Below, one piece after another: positions 9,998 through 18,987 of a stretch of 64,000 bases of DNA. Origin of the DNA: a virus (lineage: Duplodnaviria > Caudoviricetes); the IMG/VR virus record IMGVR_UViG_3300025015_000027, positions 3,186 through 67,185 of that record; one strand, written 5' to 3'. The position numbers and the translations under genes were made by a program. The number at the start of each line of letters is the position of its first letter. Positions within the stretch are counted from its first letter, which is position 1. The notes below the pieces were generated by a model. It made no database searches, was not told the DNA's origin, and was given only the letters and a program-made list of their open reading frames with translations.

Positions 9998-10567
9998 TTA
10001 ATCACAATCACACGGCTCAGTATCGCATATCGCCGTCAAATATTCCATGATATTATCAAACTGGTTTTTCTTATTACAGATAGCAGCATATTCCAAAGAA
10101 TGTAATAATGCCGAAGCCCATAATACGTTGTCCACATAATCTTTTTCACACTGACAATTACTGTCTCCTATCCTTGCTACCATCTTATTAACACAACACC
10201 TTACCTGACAAAAAAAATAAATATCCTGCGCCTTTGTATATACTATCGTTCCACTGGTGATAGAATAAGTAAAAGTATATTGTCCATCGTCAAAGCTATC
10301 ATCTGCCACTAACCCCAAATCTGTGTTTTTTATGATGATATATTTGGAGTTGTCTGTCGTCGGCCATCCAGCAGGAAAGGTAAACGATCCAGTGGTTGCA
10401 TCTGGAAATGTAACACTTAATGTGATATTGGATGCACTTGCCGTTGTTGGATTAGGAGAACCCCCCCCGCCAAGATTTAAGAGCGAATCATAAACACCCG
10501 TTGTCTCAACAAATACCAGTTCCTTACAACTTTTGTCCTGACATAGTTTAAATCTTAAATCTAGCAT
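9998..10567 (-). CDS. Putative tail hub protein, Cys-rich C-terminus
   Basis: 189 aa with an Ig-like N-terminal part and CQVRCCV...CQC...ICDTEPCDCD. Resembles crAss tail-hub genes by memory and position. Confidence 0.5.
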   Translation of the reverse strand: MLDLRFKLCQDKSCKELVFVETTGVYDSLLNLGGGGSPNPTTASASNITLSVTFPDATTGSFTFPAGWPTTDNSKYIIIKNTDLGLVADDSFDDGQYTFTYSITSGTIVYTKAQDIYFFCQVRCCVNKMVARIGDSNCQCEKDYVDNVLWASALLHSLEYAAICNKKNQFDNIMEYLTAICDTEPCDCD

Positions 10568-10582
10568 GTTTTATAAATAAAA

Positions 10583-10635
10583 AAGGACTATCTCCGGGCT
10601 TATCGCATGGCGAACTGCCCAAGGCATAGCCCCTT
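10583..10635 (-). terminator. Long-loop terminator-like hairpin
   Basis: Minus strand AGGGGCTAT...ATAGTCCTT followed by a T-run, directly after the 431-aa gene. Confidence 0.45.
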
Positions 10636-10655
10636 TATTGAACTTCAAAAAACTA

Positions 10656-11951
10656 TTATGCCGGCACAAAAGCTGTATATCCTGGAGCACCGTCTAAATA
10701 TATCGCAAGAACTTCTACTATCCCAAGAGTTCCACCACCATAAAATGCTGTTCCATAGGTAGGCCCCGCAGTTCTTTGACCAGCTATAAGAATCTCATTC
10801 CTTGCAGGAGCCGGAACATTTATTGCCGTACCACCAACCTGATTTCGTAATCCCAATGACAATACGGAATAATTATTTGTTTCTACGGCTATTTGATGTG
10901 GCACGACAGGAGGGGGAACACCCAAACGTTCATTAAACCCTTCCGTCCCAACGGCAAACCACTCCGCCTCCATAATAGAAGCGCCATATCCTGAACCATC
11001 GTCAGCGGCAGTAGTATATACTAACTGCGTTGCGCCAAAATCCTGTAATGAAACATTAAAGTTAGTGTTAAAATATTTAAAAGACCCAACAGTAAACCTG
11101 CGGGCTATAGCACGACATTGAATACCTACGGCAGCAGCAGCCACCAACGCAGCAGTGATAACATCGTAAGGAGTACCGGCAGCGGTAATATCTGTTACTG
11201 TCGCTGTCGCCCCCTGGTATTCCCACCCAAGAGTCACTATATTTGCAACAGTGTTAATAGCGTCTATCCTGTAAATAGGAGCTGTGATCGCATCTCCTAT
11301 TCGTAAATAAGCGCCAACAACAAATGTTGCATTTGAAATATCAGCGCCTGTATAGGATACCGTTTTGGAATTATTGGTAAACGTCCATGACCCGGTAGCT
11401 CCGGTAACATTAACTCCGGCATTATCGCATAACGCTTCAAAACGGACAATATTATCCGATTCTCTTTTAAAATTGGAAATAAGGTTAGTAACTAATCCGG
11501 CTAATATTTCTTCCCTGGTAGCAGAAGAATCCGATTTATAAATTCCAAATTTAAGCATCTGCTTATCCTGAACCATGGAAAGAGGTTGATTGAAGATCAA
11601 TCTAACGATATAGGTATTGTCCGAAATGGCATCTATTGTACTTGCTCCGGCACCGGCAAATCCTATATGGGTAACCTGCTGGGCGGGGGCAGAATATGTC
11701 TGTCCACGATGTGAAACCAGTCCAGACCTTCTAATAGGAGGGGACCAGACAAGCTGCGTACCATGCCTCTGCACGATAAAACACTTATCTCTTGCAGTAC
11801 CGACAGATGCTGTCGTTAAAGAAATACCATCTTCTCTGACAACCGCCATTTGGTGGTCTGTCATGTTTGCAACAGATACCCTCGTCCCACCGGCAAGTCC
11901 GGCGATTGTGTTATCCACGAAAACGTGTAAAGAATCATCTACTTTTCTCAT
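10656..11951 (-). CDS. Auxiliary capsid/decoration protein (crAss-like)
   Basis: 431 aa, beta-rich, located downstream of the MCP and ring genes as in Crassvirales. Confidence 0.55.
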   Translation of the reverse strand: MRKVDDSLHVFVDNTIAGLAGGTRVSVANMTDHQMAVVREDGISLTTASVGTARDKCFIVQRHGTQLVWSPPIRRSGLVSHRGQTYSAPAQQVTHIGFAGAGASTIDAISDNTYIVRLIFNQPLSMVQDKQMLKFGIYKSDSSATREEILAGLVTNLISNFKRESDNIVRFEALCDNAGVNVTGATGSWTFTNNSKTVSYTGADISNATFVVGAYLRIGDAITAPIYRIDAINTVANIVTLGWEYQGATATVTDITAAGTPYDVITAALVAAAAVGIQCRAIARRFTVGSFKYFNTNFNVSLQDFGATQLVYTTAADDGSGYGASIMEAEWFAVGTEGFNERLGVPPPVVPHQIAVETNNYSVLSLGLRNQVGGTAINVPAPARNEILIAGQRTAGPTYGTAFYGGGTLGIVEVLAIYLDGAPGYTAFVPA

Positions 11952-11969
11952 TGTATAAAAATTTAAAGG

Positions 11970-12149
11970 TTAATTATTAAAAAAATTAAAAGTTGTTGTT
12001 TTTTGTCTCTTTTGTAATTCATAAATACATTTAGTAATCTCAAACAATATCTCCGTCAACATATTAACTGTCTTCAATTTATTGAACTCAAGTTTTCCCA
12101 ACCGTTGTTCAATTTCTGCCGTTGTTAGTTGTGAAATGTCAGGATTCAT
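11970..12149 (-). CDS. Small helical hypothetical protein (59 aa; below the ORF-track cutoff)
   Basis: MNPDISQLTTAEIEQRLGKLEFNKLKTVNMLTEILFEITKCIYELQKRQKTTTFNFFNN. Start overlaps the stop of the upstream gene and it fills the gap. Confidence 0.5.
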   Translation of the reverse strand: MNPDISQLTTAEIEQRLGKLEFNKLKTVNMLTEILFEITKCIYELQKRQKTTTFNFFNN

Positions 12150-12927
12150 TGGACATGGATTCTATTTTTTGAGTTTGATACCTTGCGTCACCTACCGTCT
12201 CCAACGCCAACGTTACTGCCATTCTGACAATTTCATTGTGCGTTATATCAGCAAGTTTACAATCCTGCTGTGAAACTTGTCCCTCAATGGTCATGCCACC
12301 TGTTAATGTGGCGGTGATTACCGGACTTGGCTTCGCTATATATCTTATCCTGTACTCCTCTATGGCAAATGTTCCATCCCCGATTAATTCTACCCTCTTT
12401 TTTCCGTTAAAAGAACTGAAATCCATCCTCCACAATAACCATTCATTAGACTTCTTAAATGGATTCAACCGGTTAGCCTCAAAATAATCATGTGTTACTG
12501 GTAATATGCTTGTATATTTTCCGGCCACACCTTTTATCGTGTTGATGTTGTATCCGGCGGGGTTACATAACCCGGCTCCGGTGATTATCGCCCTTTCTTC
12601 TATAAGGTATAATAAATCATCCGGTAAATTAAAAAATCTTCCATGGGGATGTGTCCCGTTCTGATTAGCCGATACAGCCGTTCTTAATGTTCCGCCGGCA
12701 TCAATCCCATCTCTTATTAAATCGGCCAATTCACGCCTTCTCTTTTCACTGTCCTCAAACCCATCGCCAAGTTTATTGAGTGATGGATCATATTTTTTTT
12801 CAATGTAATTTCTCTGTGCGTTGGTTAAAAATACGCTTATCTCATAGTCGTCATATCCAGGTGCTGATAAATTTGTTATCCTGTCATATTCGACAAGAAA
12901 TAGATTCTTCATTTCTGTCGCACTCAT
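12139..12927 (-). CDS. Head-tail ring/adaptor protein (crAss ring protein family)
   Basis: EISVFLTNAQ...GFEDSEKRRRELADL...YRIRYIAKP...HNEIVRMAV, typical of crAss ring proteins. Confidence 0.7.
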   Translation of the reverse strand: MSATEMKNLFLVEYDRITNLSAPGYDDYEISVFLTNAQRNYIEKKYDPSLNKLGDGFEDSEKRRRELADLIRDGIDAGGTLRTAVSANQNGTHPHGRFFNLPDDLLYLIEERAIITGAGLCNPAGYNINTIKGVAGKYTSILPVTHDYFEANRLNPFKKSNEWLLWRMDFSSFNGKKRVELIGDGTFAIEEYRIRYIAKPSPVITATLTGGMTIEGQVSQQDCKLADITHNEIVRMAVTLALETVGDARYQTQKIESMSNES

Positions 12928-12939
12928 AATAGGATAATA

Positions 12940-13785
12940 TTAAACCTCAACTTTCCTGTACTGGTCAATCTGGCCTTTGATTTTAAGATAAATGTCCTGA
13001 TGCTTGCCACGCGGACTTAAAAATTCAATTAGTTCCGCCTGTGAAAACATCTGGTCTAATCCGACAACGCCATAATCTCCCCTTCCAAGTTTCTTAATCG
13101 TCCCGCATTCCATTCCATCTTCTATGAAAAGTTTCATCTCATAAAGCGGATCGTTGATTACCGCTAACAGTTCTTTTAACATTTTTCTGTCATCGGTATA
13201 TTTATCCAACTCGCTTATCATCCACTCCTTCGTTGCCGCAGGTGCAGGCCTCCTTCCCAACACCCGAAGTAAATCATACATCTTGGTACGATTATCTTCT
13301 GCCCCGGCAAGGAACTTATATACCTTCTTCTTCATCTCCGCCAGCTTAACCCTTTCGCCTATTTCCACATCTTCTTCTACAAGGGCGAACTTAAACTGCG
13401 GACTATTGAATCTTTCATGCCATGACGGAGCTATCTCTGGGTGATTCTTTAATAGCCTCCACCTTAGATTGTCCATCACATCGGCAAGGTTAAGTTCTGT
13501 ACCATCCCTGTTAACGGTAACATAAAACTTATGCCAAAAATTCTCACCTTTCCTATATGGAGACATCCCACCGGATTCTACTCCAAGTTGCTTCTCAAAA
13601 TATGTCTGCTCTTCTTCATTTAATACCGGAACCAATGTTCCCTTGTTGGGATCCACAGGTAAACAATATCCTCTTTTACATCCGGAAAACATAAATTCTC
13701 CGTCATGTCCCTTGGGAAGCCATCCGCCCTCCCTGATAATCGGTTTCACCTTCACCTTCCGGTGAAATAATATTGTGTCGCTCAT
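12940..13785 (-). CDS. Conserved crAss capsid-module protein (gene after MCP)
   Basis: 281 aa directly downstream of the MCP, in the conserved Crassvirales position. Confidence 0.6.
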   Translation of the reverse strand: MSDTILFHRKVKVKPIIREGGWLPKGHDGEFMFSGCKRGYCLPVDPNKGTLVPVLNEEEQTYFEKQLGVESGGMSPYRKGENFWHKFYVTVNRDGTELNLADVMDNLRWRLLKNHPEIAPSWHERFNSPQFKFALVEEDVEIGERVKLAEMKKKVYKFLAGAEDNRTKMYDLLRVLGRRPAPAATKEWMISELDKYTDDRKMLKELLAVINDPLYEMKLFIEDGMECGTIKKLGRGDYGVVGLDQMFSQAELIEFLSPRGKHQDIYLKIKGQIDQYRKVEV

Positions 13786-13827
13786 AATTCGTTTTTTTTA
13801 CCTGTTAATATTTTATATCTTCCCTAA

Positions 13828-15312
13828 CTATACAAGGATAGAGGGTACTATTTCAGCCATCCTCATCGGATTTTTTACCCTTAGCCCACCTATGTATGCC
13901 TTGTGCACCTCATAACCATCTACTGCAGATGCCGCAATGGCAGCCTGCTTTTGTCCACCTGGCGTAAAAGGATCTCTTAATCCAGGTATATATCTCAAAA
14001 TTTCACCTTGTCCCTTTAATGCAATCTTTGACACATTGGATTCACCATTGGCTGTTCCAAAATCCATGATGGTATATCTCCGCGATTCTGCTAACCCACC
14101 GGAGGGATGTTGTAATTTGTTCCTCACGGGATTATCATATTCCTTAACATGCATCAACTCAAAGGTAATACCATTGACGGTCTTGTACTCAAGGAATTGT
14201 CCGATATAACTCATCTTGCCGGTTCTCTTGTCAACCTGAATCCTGTCATTACTGAAGTTGGGCGTGTAGTTGCTGGACTTATCTTCTGCGGCCTGGTGGA
14301 ACTGAAACATTCCATATTCCCCGGTTCCCAACACAAATCTCCGCTGATCTTCCGGTAATTTTCCAACCGATAATCCCATCGCAATTTCCGTCAGCCAATC
14401 AAGGTTAAAGGAATTATAATAAAAGAGATTAGCAGGAGCTATCTGTTCCCGCAATCCCGCACCACTACGAATCTCATAACCAGAATCTCCCTTATTGGCA
14501 TACGTGCCATCTGACTTCCGGTTAGATGTTCCATAGAAAAGCAATCTTACGATTTCTCTGCGGAACTGTGAATTGAAATCAAAGTCAAGTTTATTTAACC
14601 ATGTGGTCTGAACTTTTCCGTCCACCTTCCATGCAAAAGCCACTGGTGAGTTTTTACCCTTTAAAATCATGTTACCGGGAACAACATACTGTTTCCGTAT
14701 CATAGATAACACATTCTGCATCCTGAAAGGAGAAGTGTGACTGACATCTCCACCCCTGCGGGAAAGCGTCTGTTCAACTTGTGAATAGTCCTTGCTCCAC
14801 CGCGTGTTAGCTGCTAAATCGGAAGGTGCAACAAATAATACAGGATCTCCGGTTAAAAGCTCTACTTCATAAAGATATTCAGTGCCGTCAGCCACTGGAT
14901 CGGAAACCACCCTCAGCTTATAAAGATCGGGTTTGTTACCGACAATAACATCGGTAGCCACGAAATATTTTTCAGAAAATCGCATAAAAAACCGTGTGAA
15001 ACCAAGTCCTGGCTGTGGAAAAAGAGCACTACCGGCTAAGTTAGCGGCAGAATCTTCCGCGGACACCAATGCGATATTTCTCTCATCGGCTCCCTGCAAT
15101 AACCATTCATAGGGACGGTCGTCATCTATGTATTCGGTTGGAAACTTGTCAAGGAAAGAAAGAAAATCTTCCCCATAATTTACACGATAAATGTCCTCAA
15201 TAAGAGGAGAAATGAGAATGGGTTCAAGTCCGAATAACGTACCAAGATGATTCTCGGTAGTAAGTCCTGTCCAATCTTTTGGCTCATACTTTTGCAGAAG
15301 ATTTACAATCAT
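13828..15312 (-). CDS. Major capsid protein (Crassvirales type)
   Basis: 494 aa, WTGLTTENHLG N-terminus, GAGLREQI, TGEYG and PMRM...IVPSIL C-terminus. Gene order terminase-portal-scaffold-MCP. Confidence 0.9.
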   Translation of the reverse strand: MIVNLLQKYEPKDWTGLTTENHLGTLFGLEPILISPLIEDIYRVNYGEDFLSFLDKFPTEYIDDDRPYEWLLQGADERNIALVSAEDSAANLAGSALFPQPGLGFTRFFMRFSEKYFVATDVIVGNKPDLYKLRVVSDPVADGTEYLYEVELLTGDPVLFVAPSDLAANTRWSKDYSQVEQTLSRRGGDVSHTSPFRMQNVLSMIRKQYVVPGNMILKGKNSPVAFAWKVDGKVQTTWLNKLDFDFNSQFRREIVRLLFYGTSNRKSDGTYANKGDSGYEIRSGAGLREQIAPANLFYYNSFNLDWLTEIAMGLSVGKLPEDQRRFVLGTGEYGMFQFHQAAEDKSSNYTPNFSNDRIQVDKRTGKMSYIGQFLEYKTVNGITFELMHVKEYDNPVRNKLQHPSGGLAESRRYTIMDFGTANGESNVSKIALKGQGEILRYIPGLRDPFTPGGQKQAAIAASAVDGYEVHKAYIGGLRVKNPMRMAEIVPSILV

Positions 15313-15341
15313 AATTTCAAATGTTAAATTGGGTTAATAAA

Positions 15342-16499
15342 TTACCTGTTAGAAATAAACTTTTTTAATCCTTTCAGAATTTCAGCAGAACTGTCAACAC
15401 TTGTGCCGGCATCTGACACAGACCTTCCGTTTTCCCTTGGATGTGTCTTTGTTTTGTCTAATATATCTCTTGATATATTGTTCGTGAAAACACCCTTTAA
15501 GGTGTCCCATTTTCCCTCAAAAACACCAAAAGACGCAAGATAGTTAAGAATAATATCAAATTTTACCGGGTCTTTTGACCTTATTTTAATGATATTGTTT
15601 ACCGGAACTCCCCTGTCGGTATAATCTATAATGTCTGTCATGGACTCATAGATCTTATCTTTAACCTGCTTATTCAGCAATGTCCCAGGTATGATTTCCA
15701 TTGTCTTATCTATTGTCCCCTTTATTGATTCAAGCACTTTTACGGCATTGTCTTCCGATGCCTTCTTATCCGCTTGCGCCTGCTTTCTAATGCGTTCTTC
15801 TTCTTTGGTATAATGTTCTTTGAGTTCAGTAAGCGCTTCTTTGGATTCATCAAAAAGTTCGCCAATCTCTTCATATTTGGCGACCATGCTGTCAATCTTT
15901 GTTTCTTTAAATCCTTTTAAACGTAGAAAATCAGAAATAATCTTTTTTTGCTTGGACGTATCATCTCTAAGGTTGTCCTCGTCAACATTCTTTATTTCTA
16001 TTTGCCTGCTTTTAACGTTAATCAATTTGTCCAAAGGAACATTCTCTTCATAGTTCTCTATCATGTCCTTAATTGTCCTCGGCAAAGAATCCTTATATGC
16101 TTTAACGCCTAACGATATCTCATTTCCCACCGCCTCAAAAACACCATCTAAAGAACCATCAAAATTTGCCTTGTTGAAATTAGGCAACACACCCGCCTGT
16201 TGAAGCCCCTCTATAAATGGAAGTAAGGAATCATCCTCCGTTCCTTCACCCTCACCAGGCGTCTCACCGGCCGACTTTCTATTTTCGTCAACCTCTATCT
16301 TATTGTCTTTTCCATTTTCCTCATCTTTTTTCCTTTCCCCATCATTACCATCTTTATTAACAACTGCCGCTTTTTTGCCAGCTATACTGGCAACATCGGG
16401 CATATATAACTCCGTATTATCGTCATTGAGGATTATAACCTCGTCATCGTTCTTCATTACCGTGGTTCCACCAGCGATATTTGTTTTTTGTTCAGCCAT
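15342..16499 (-). CDS. Capsid scaffolding-like protein
   Basis: 385 aa, acidic, low-complexity N-terminus with coiled coil, between portal and MCP. Confidence 0.65.
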   Translation of the reverse strand: MAEQKTNIAGGTTVMKNDDEVIILNDDNTELYMPDVASIAGKKAAVVNKDGNDGERKKDEENGKDNKIEVDENRKSAGETPGEGEGTEDDSLLPFIEGLQQAGVLPNFNKANFDGSLDGVFEAVGNEISLGVKAYKDSLPRTIKDMIENYEENVPLDKLINVKSRQIEIKNVDEDNLRDDTSKQKKIISDFLRLKGFKETKIDSMVAKYEEIGELFDESKEALTELKEHYTKEEERIRKQAQADKKASEDNAVKVLESIKGTIDKTMEIIPGTLLNKQVKDKIYESMTDIIDYTDRGVPVNNIIKIRSKDPVKFDIILNYLASFGVFEGKWDTLKGVFTNNISRDILDKTKTHPRENGRSVSDAGTSVDSSAEILKGLKKFISNR

Positions 16500-16559
16500 A
16501 TTCTATTGGATTTATGTAATCCACCTACAATAGTATCTACAATAGTAGAAATTCGGAAG

Positions 16560-16567
16560 CAAAGATA
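16560..16567 (-). promoter_or_regulatory. Bacteroidota sigma-A -7 promoter element for scaffold/MCP
   Basis: TATCTTTG in the 200-bp gap upstream of the scaffold gene. Confidence 0.6.
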
Positions 16568-16698
16568 ATATAAACAATAATTAAATTAATTATATTGTGA
16601 AAATAAATTCCCTTAAATAGAAATCATCACCTTTTTCCCCATTTAACAGCAAATTTAACATATAACATATCCGTTTTTTCCTTTTATCATAGAAAACA

Positions 16699-18963
16699 TC
16701 ACTTTTTCCCCTCTTTAGCGGCAAGTTCAGCCTCTAACCGTGTCTGTTTTTCCTTTTTATCAGCGTCCATATCGCTTTTCTGCCTCATTTTCTCCAATTC
16801 CATACCGTGACGCATGATTTCCATGTCCCTGTCATTAAGCATCTTCTTATCGCCCATCTGCATGGCACTTTCGGACGTCTGTGCATTAACCTTGTTCTGT
16901 TCCTGTATAATCTCTAACTGCCTATGGTGCATCTCTTCTTCGGCATTTTCAATCTTCCTTCTCATAGATGCCACAGATTCAGTAAGGTAAACATCCATCA
17001 GTCCCTTTAGGGATATCTTATCCCTCTGGTACCCCTGCATCATCACAGACCTTAAATCATTAAAGATTTGCGTATCCGACATTGATGTTGCTATGTAAAT
17101 ACCATATTCACTATTTATAAAATCATCATCTATGTTTAAAAAAACAGTAGAAAGATCATCTAAAACGTATTGGAGTTTCCTGCTTTTATTCTTCCACGCC
17201 TGTTTTGCCGCCTCAACAAGCGCCTCCAATACCCTGACCTTAATATTGTCGTGTACCATGTACCACCTGTCGGTAATATAAGATGATTGCACCATGGTTT
17301 GCTGAACATTACCAACGGCATCTCTTTGTTCAATGTTTCCTTCCCTGGCTTTGGGAACGCCAGTGGTTTGTCCAATCTGCTCTTCTATATATTGCAACAT
17401 GGATATATGTTGCTGAATATAGTTTCCAAGTCCTTCGGACAGGTTCATTGTTCTGCCACCCACATTGGCAAAATTCCCGGCAAGTTTACCCTTTGCAGAA
17501 CCCTCGTTTATCTCATTGAAGGGATTAACAATCAAAAGCCCCATCGTATCAATATAGTACATCCACTTGTCTAAATCCCATCCTGGCGGCAACATGGCAA
17601 GGTTTATCTCCGCAATGGCGCCTTTGGCCTTAGCAAATGCAAGTTCAGTCCTATACATGAAAATATTATAAAGATAAAGATATGGTTTCATTCTGTCCAT
17701 AATGGACTGGGCTCTGTCAAGGTTAAAACTATAGATTGTTCCGACATACCCGCTCTTACAAGAAGAAATATTATCTTTTTTACGCATCTGAAAAGGCCTG
17801 GGCTGTATTTTAAGATATATGTCGTTTCCAAGTTTCGTTCCTTCCCACCACTGATTAACCCATATCCAATTAATCTTCTCTCCCGTTTGTTGTTTATAAC
17901 CCTCGGAAACATAATCTTTTATCACGTTTCCCATCTCATCCGTGGATTCCACTTCTCCTACCCTCACCATGGACTTCCATACCACCCGAACCCGTTTCAT
18001 GTTACCGTTTTGGTCATACGCGCCGCCAAAAACATTTATTCCTATATCATTAACGTATATCAGATCGGACTGATCTTTTCCGGCCACAATATCCTGTACG
18101 GAAATGTACGGCGTAAGTGAATATTTTATCACCGAAGTTTCCGGCTTTGACATGCCAGATTCAATCGTGTCTATCTCGGATGGAGTAAGCTCATCATAAT
18201 AATCATCAATAAGTTGACCAGGTGAGGCATAGTCTATGTAAATAATCATGTCGGCATCATCTATATAATTACTTGTACCGCCCCGTAAAACAAATAAATT
18301 TTTCATATTAGGCTTAAACACCACCGGCTCTCCACCCAAAATATCCACACAATAACACTCTTCACCGGCAATCAAAGCATCGGCAAACCCCATATTAAAC
18401 GTCCACCGCAGGTTCATCGTCTTATAAAAATAACTCAAAAGCCTGGTGGCGGTAAGTTCCCGGATATCCTGTTCCTCATAATTATAATACTTGGACAATT
18501 TTTGCATCTGCGCGGCAAATTGCTGCTGTGATGGGTTTTCCGCCCTTATCAGTTCCGCCACCGTCTTAAATATAGCATCCTTCCTTTGATTTTCCTTTGA
18601 CGATACAGCGTCATCATTGATAACCCTTACAATGTAGTCAAACCTACGATTGGGTTCCTCACCAAGTAACCGTTCTATCTTCGTATTTCCAATAGGATAA
18701 TTCTGCATTTTTGCAGGAAAAGAGGAAGACGTAATTCCCAGTGGATTTAATATCCTTTCAATATCCTTGGTATCTAACTTATTATTAAACAGATCGTAGT
18801 TTACCTGTTTATTGTTATGTGTCTGTCGCAAGGGAGAATCGGAAAGCGTGGCTATCTGCTCCGCAACATCCACACATTCTTTTCCCCATTTATTATCCTT
18901 CTTGGTTTTTTCGGCAAAACTCTTTTTCTGCGAGGGGAATATAGTGAAATTGGAAAATGGCAT
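16699..18963 (-). CDS. Portal protein (Crassvirales type)
   Basis: 754 aa, FPSQKKS...KW N-terminus, WINQWWEGTK-like motif (WVNQWWEGTKLG), directly after the terminase. Confidence 0.9.
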   Translation of the reverse strand: MPFSNFTIFPSQKKSFAEKTKKDNKWGKECVDVAEQIATLSDSPLRQTHNNKQVNYDLFNNKLDTKDIERILNPLGITSSSFPAKMQNYPIGNTKIERLLGEEPNRRFDYIVRVINDDAVSSKENQRKDAIFKTVAELIRAENPSQQQFAAQMQKLSKYYNYEEQDIRELTATRLLSYFYKTMNLRWTFNMGFADALIAGEECYCVDILGGEPVVFKPNMKNLFVLRGGTSNYIDDADMIIYIDYASPGQLIDDYYDELTPSEIDTIESGMSKPETSVIKYSLTPYISVQDIVAGKDQSDLIYVNDIGINVFGGAYDQNGNMKRVRVVWKSMVRVGEVESTDEMGNVIKDYVSEGYKQQTGEKINWIWVNQWWEGTKLGNDIYLKIQPRPFQMRKKDNISSCKSGYVGTIYSFNLDRAQSIMDRMKPYLYLYNIFMYRTELAFAKAKGAIAEINLAMLPPGWDLDKWMYYIDTMGLLIVNPFNEINEGSAKGKLAGNFANVGGRTMNLSEGLGNYIQQHISMLQYIEEQIGQTTGVPKAREGNIEQRDAVGNVQQTMVQSSYITDRWYMVHDNIKVRVLEALVEAAKQAWKNKSRKLQYVLDDLSTVFLNIDDDFINSEYGIYIATSMSDTQIFNDLRSVMMQGYQRDKISLKGLMDVYLTESVASMRRKIENAEEEMHHRQLEIIQEQNKVNAQTSESAMQMGDKKMLNDRDMEIMRHGMELEKMRQKSDMDADKKEKQTRLEAELAAKEGKK

Positions 18964-18987
18964 AAAAGAAAATTTATGTAAAGGTAA

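Noticed and set aside
10461-10468. Poly-G8 tract (minus strand) in the hub gene as a phase-variation site
   Set aside because: In frame (GGGG). More likely a single substitution or read error in a GGWG-like motif; no other support.
1418-14358. Many plus-strand ORFs overlapping the structural genes (e.g. 1418-1912, 7712-8155, 11617-11958)
   Set aside because: Antisense shadows of strongly supported minus-strand genes, with no motifs.
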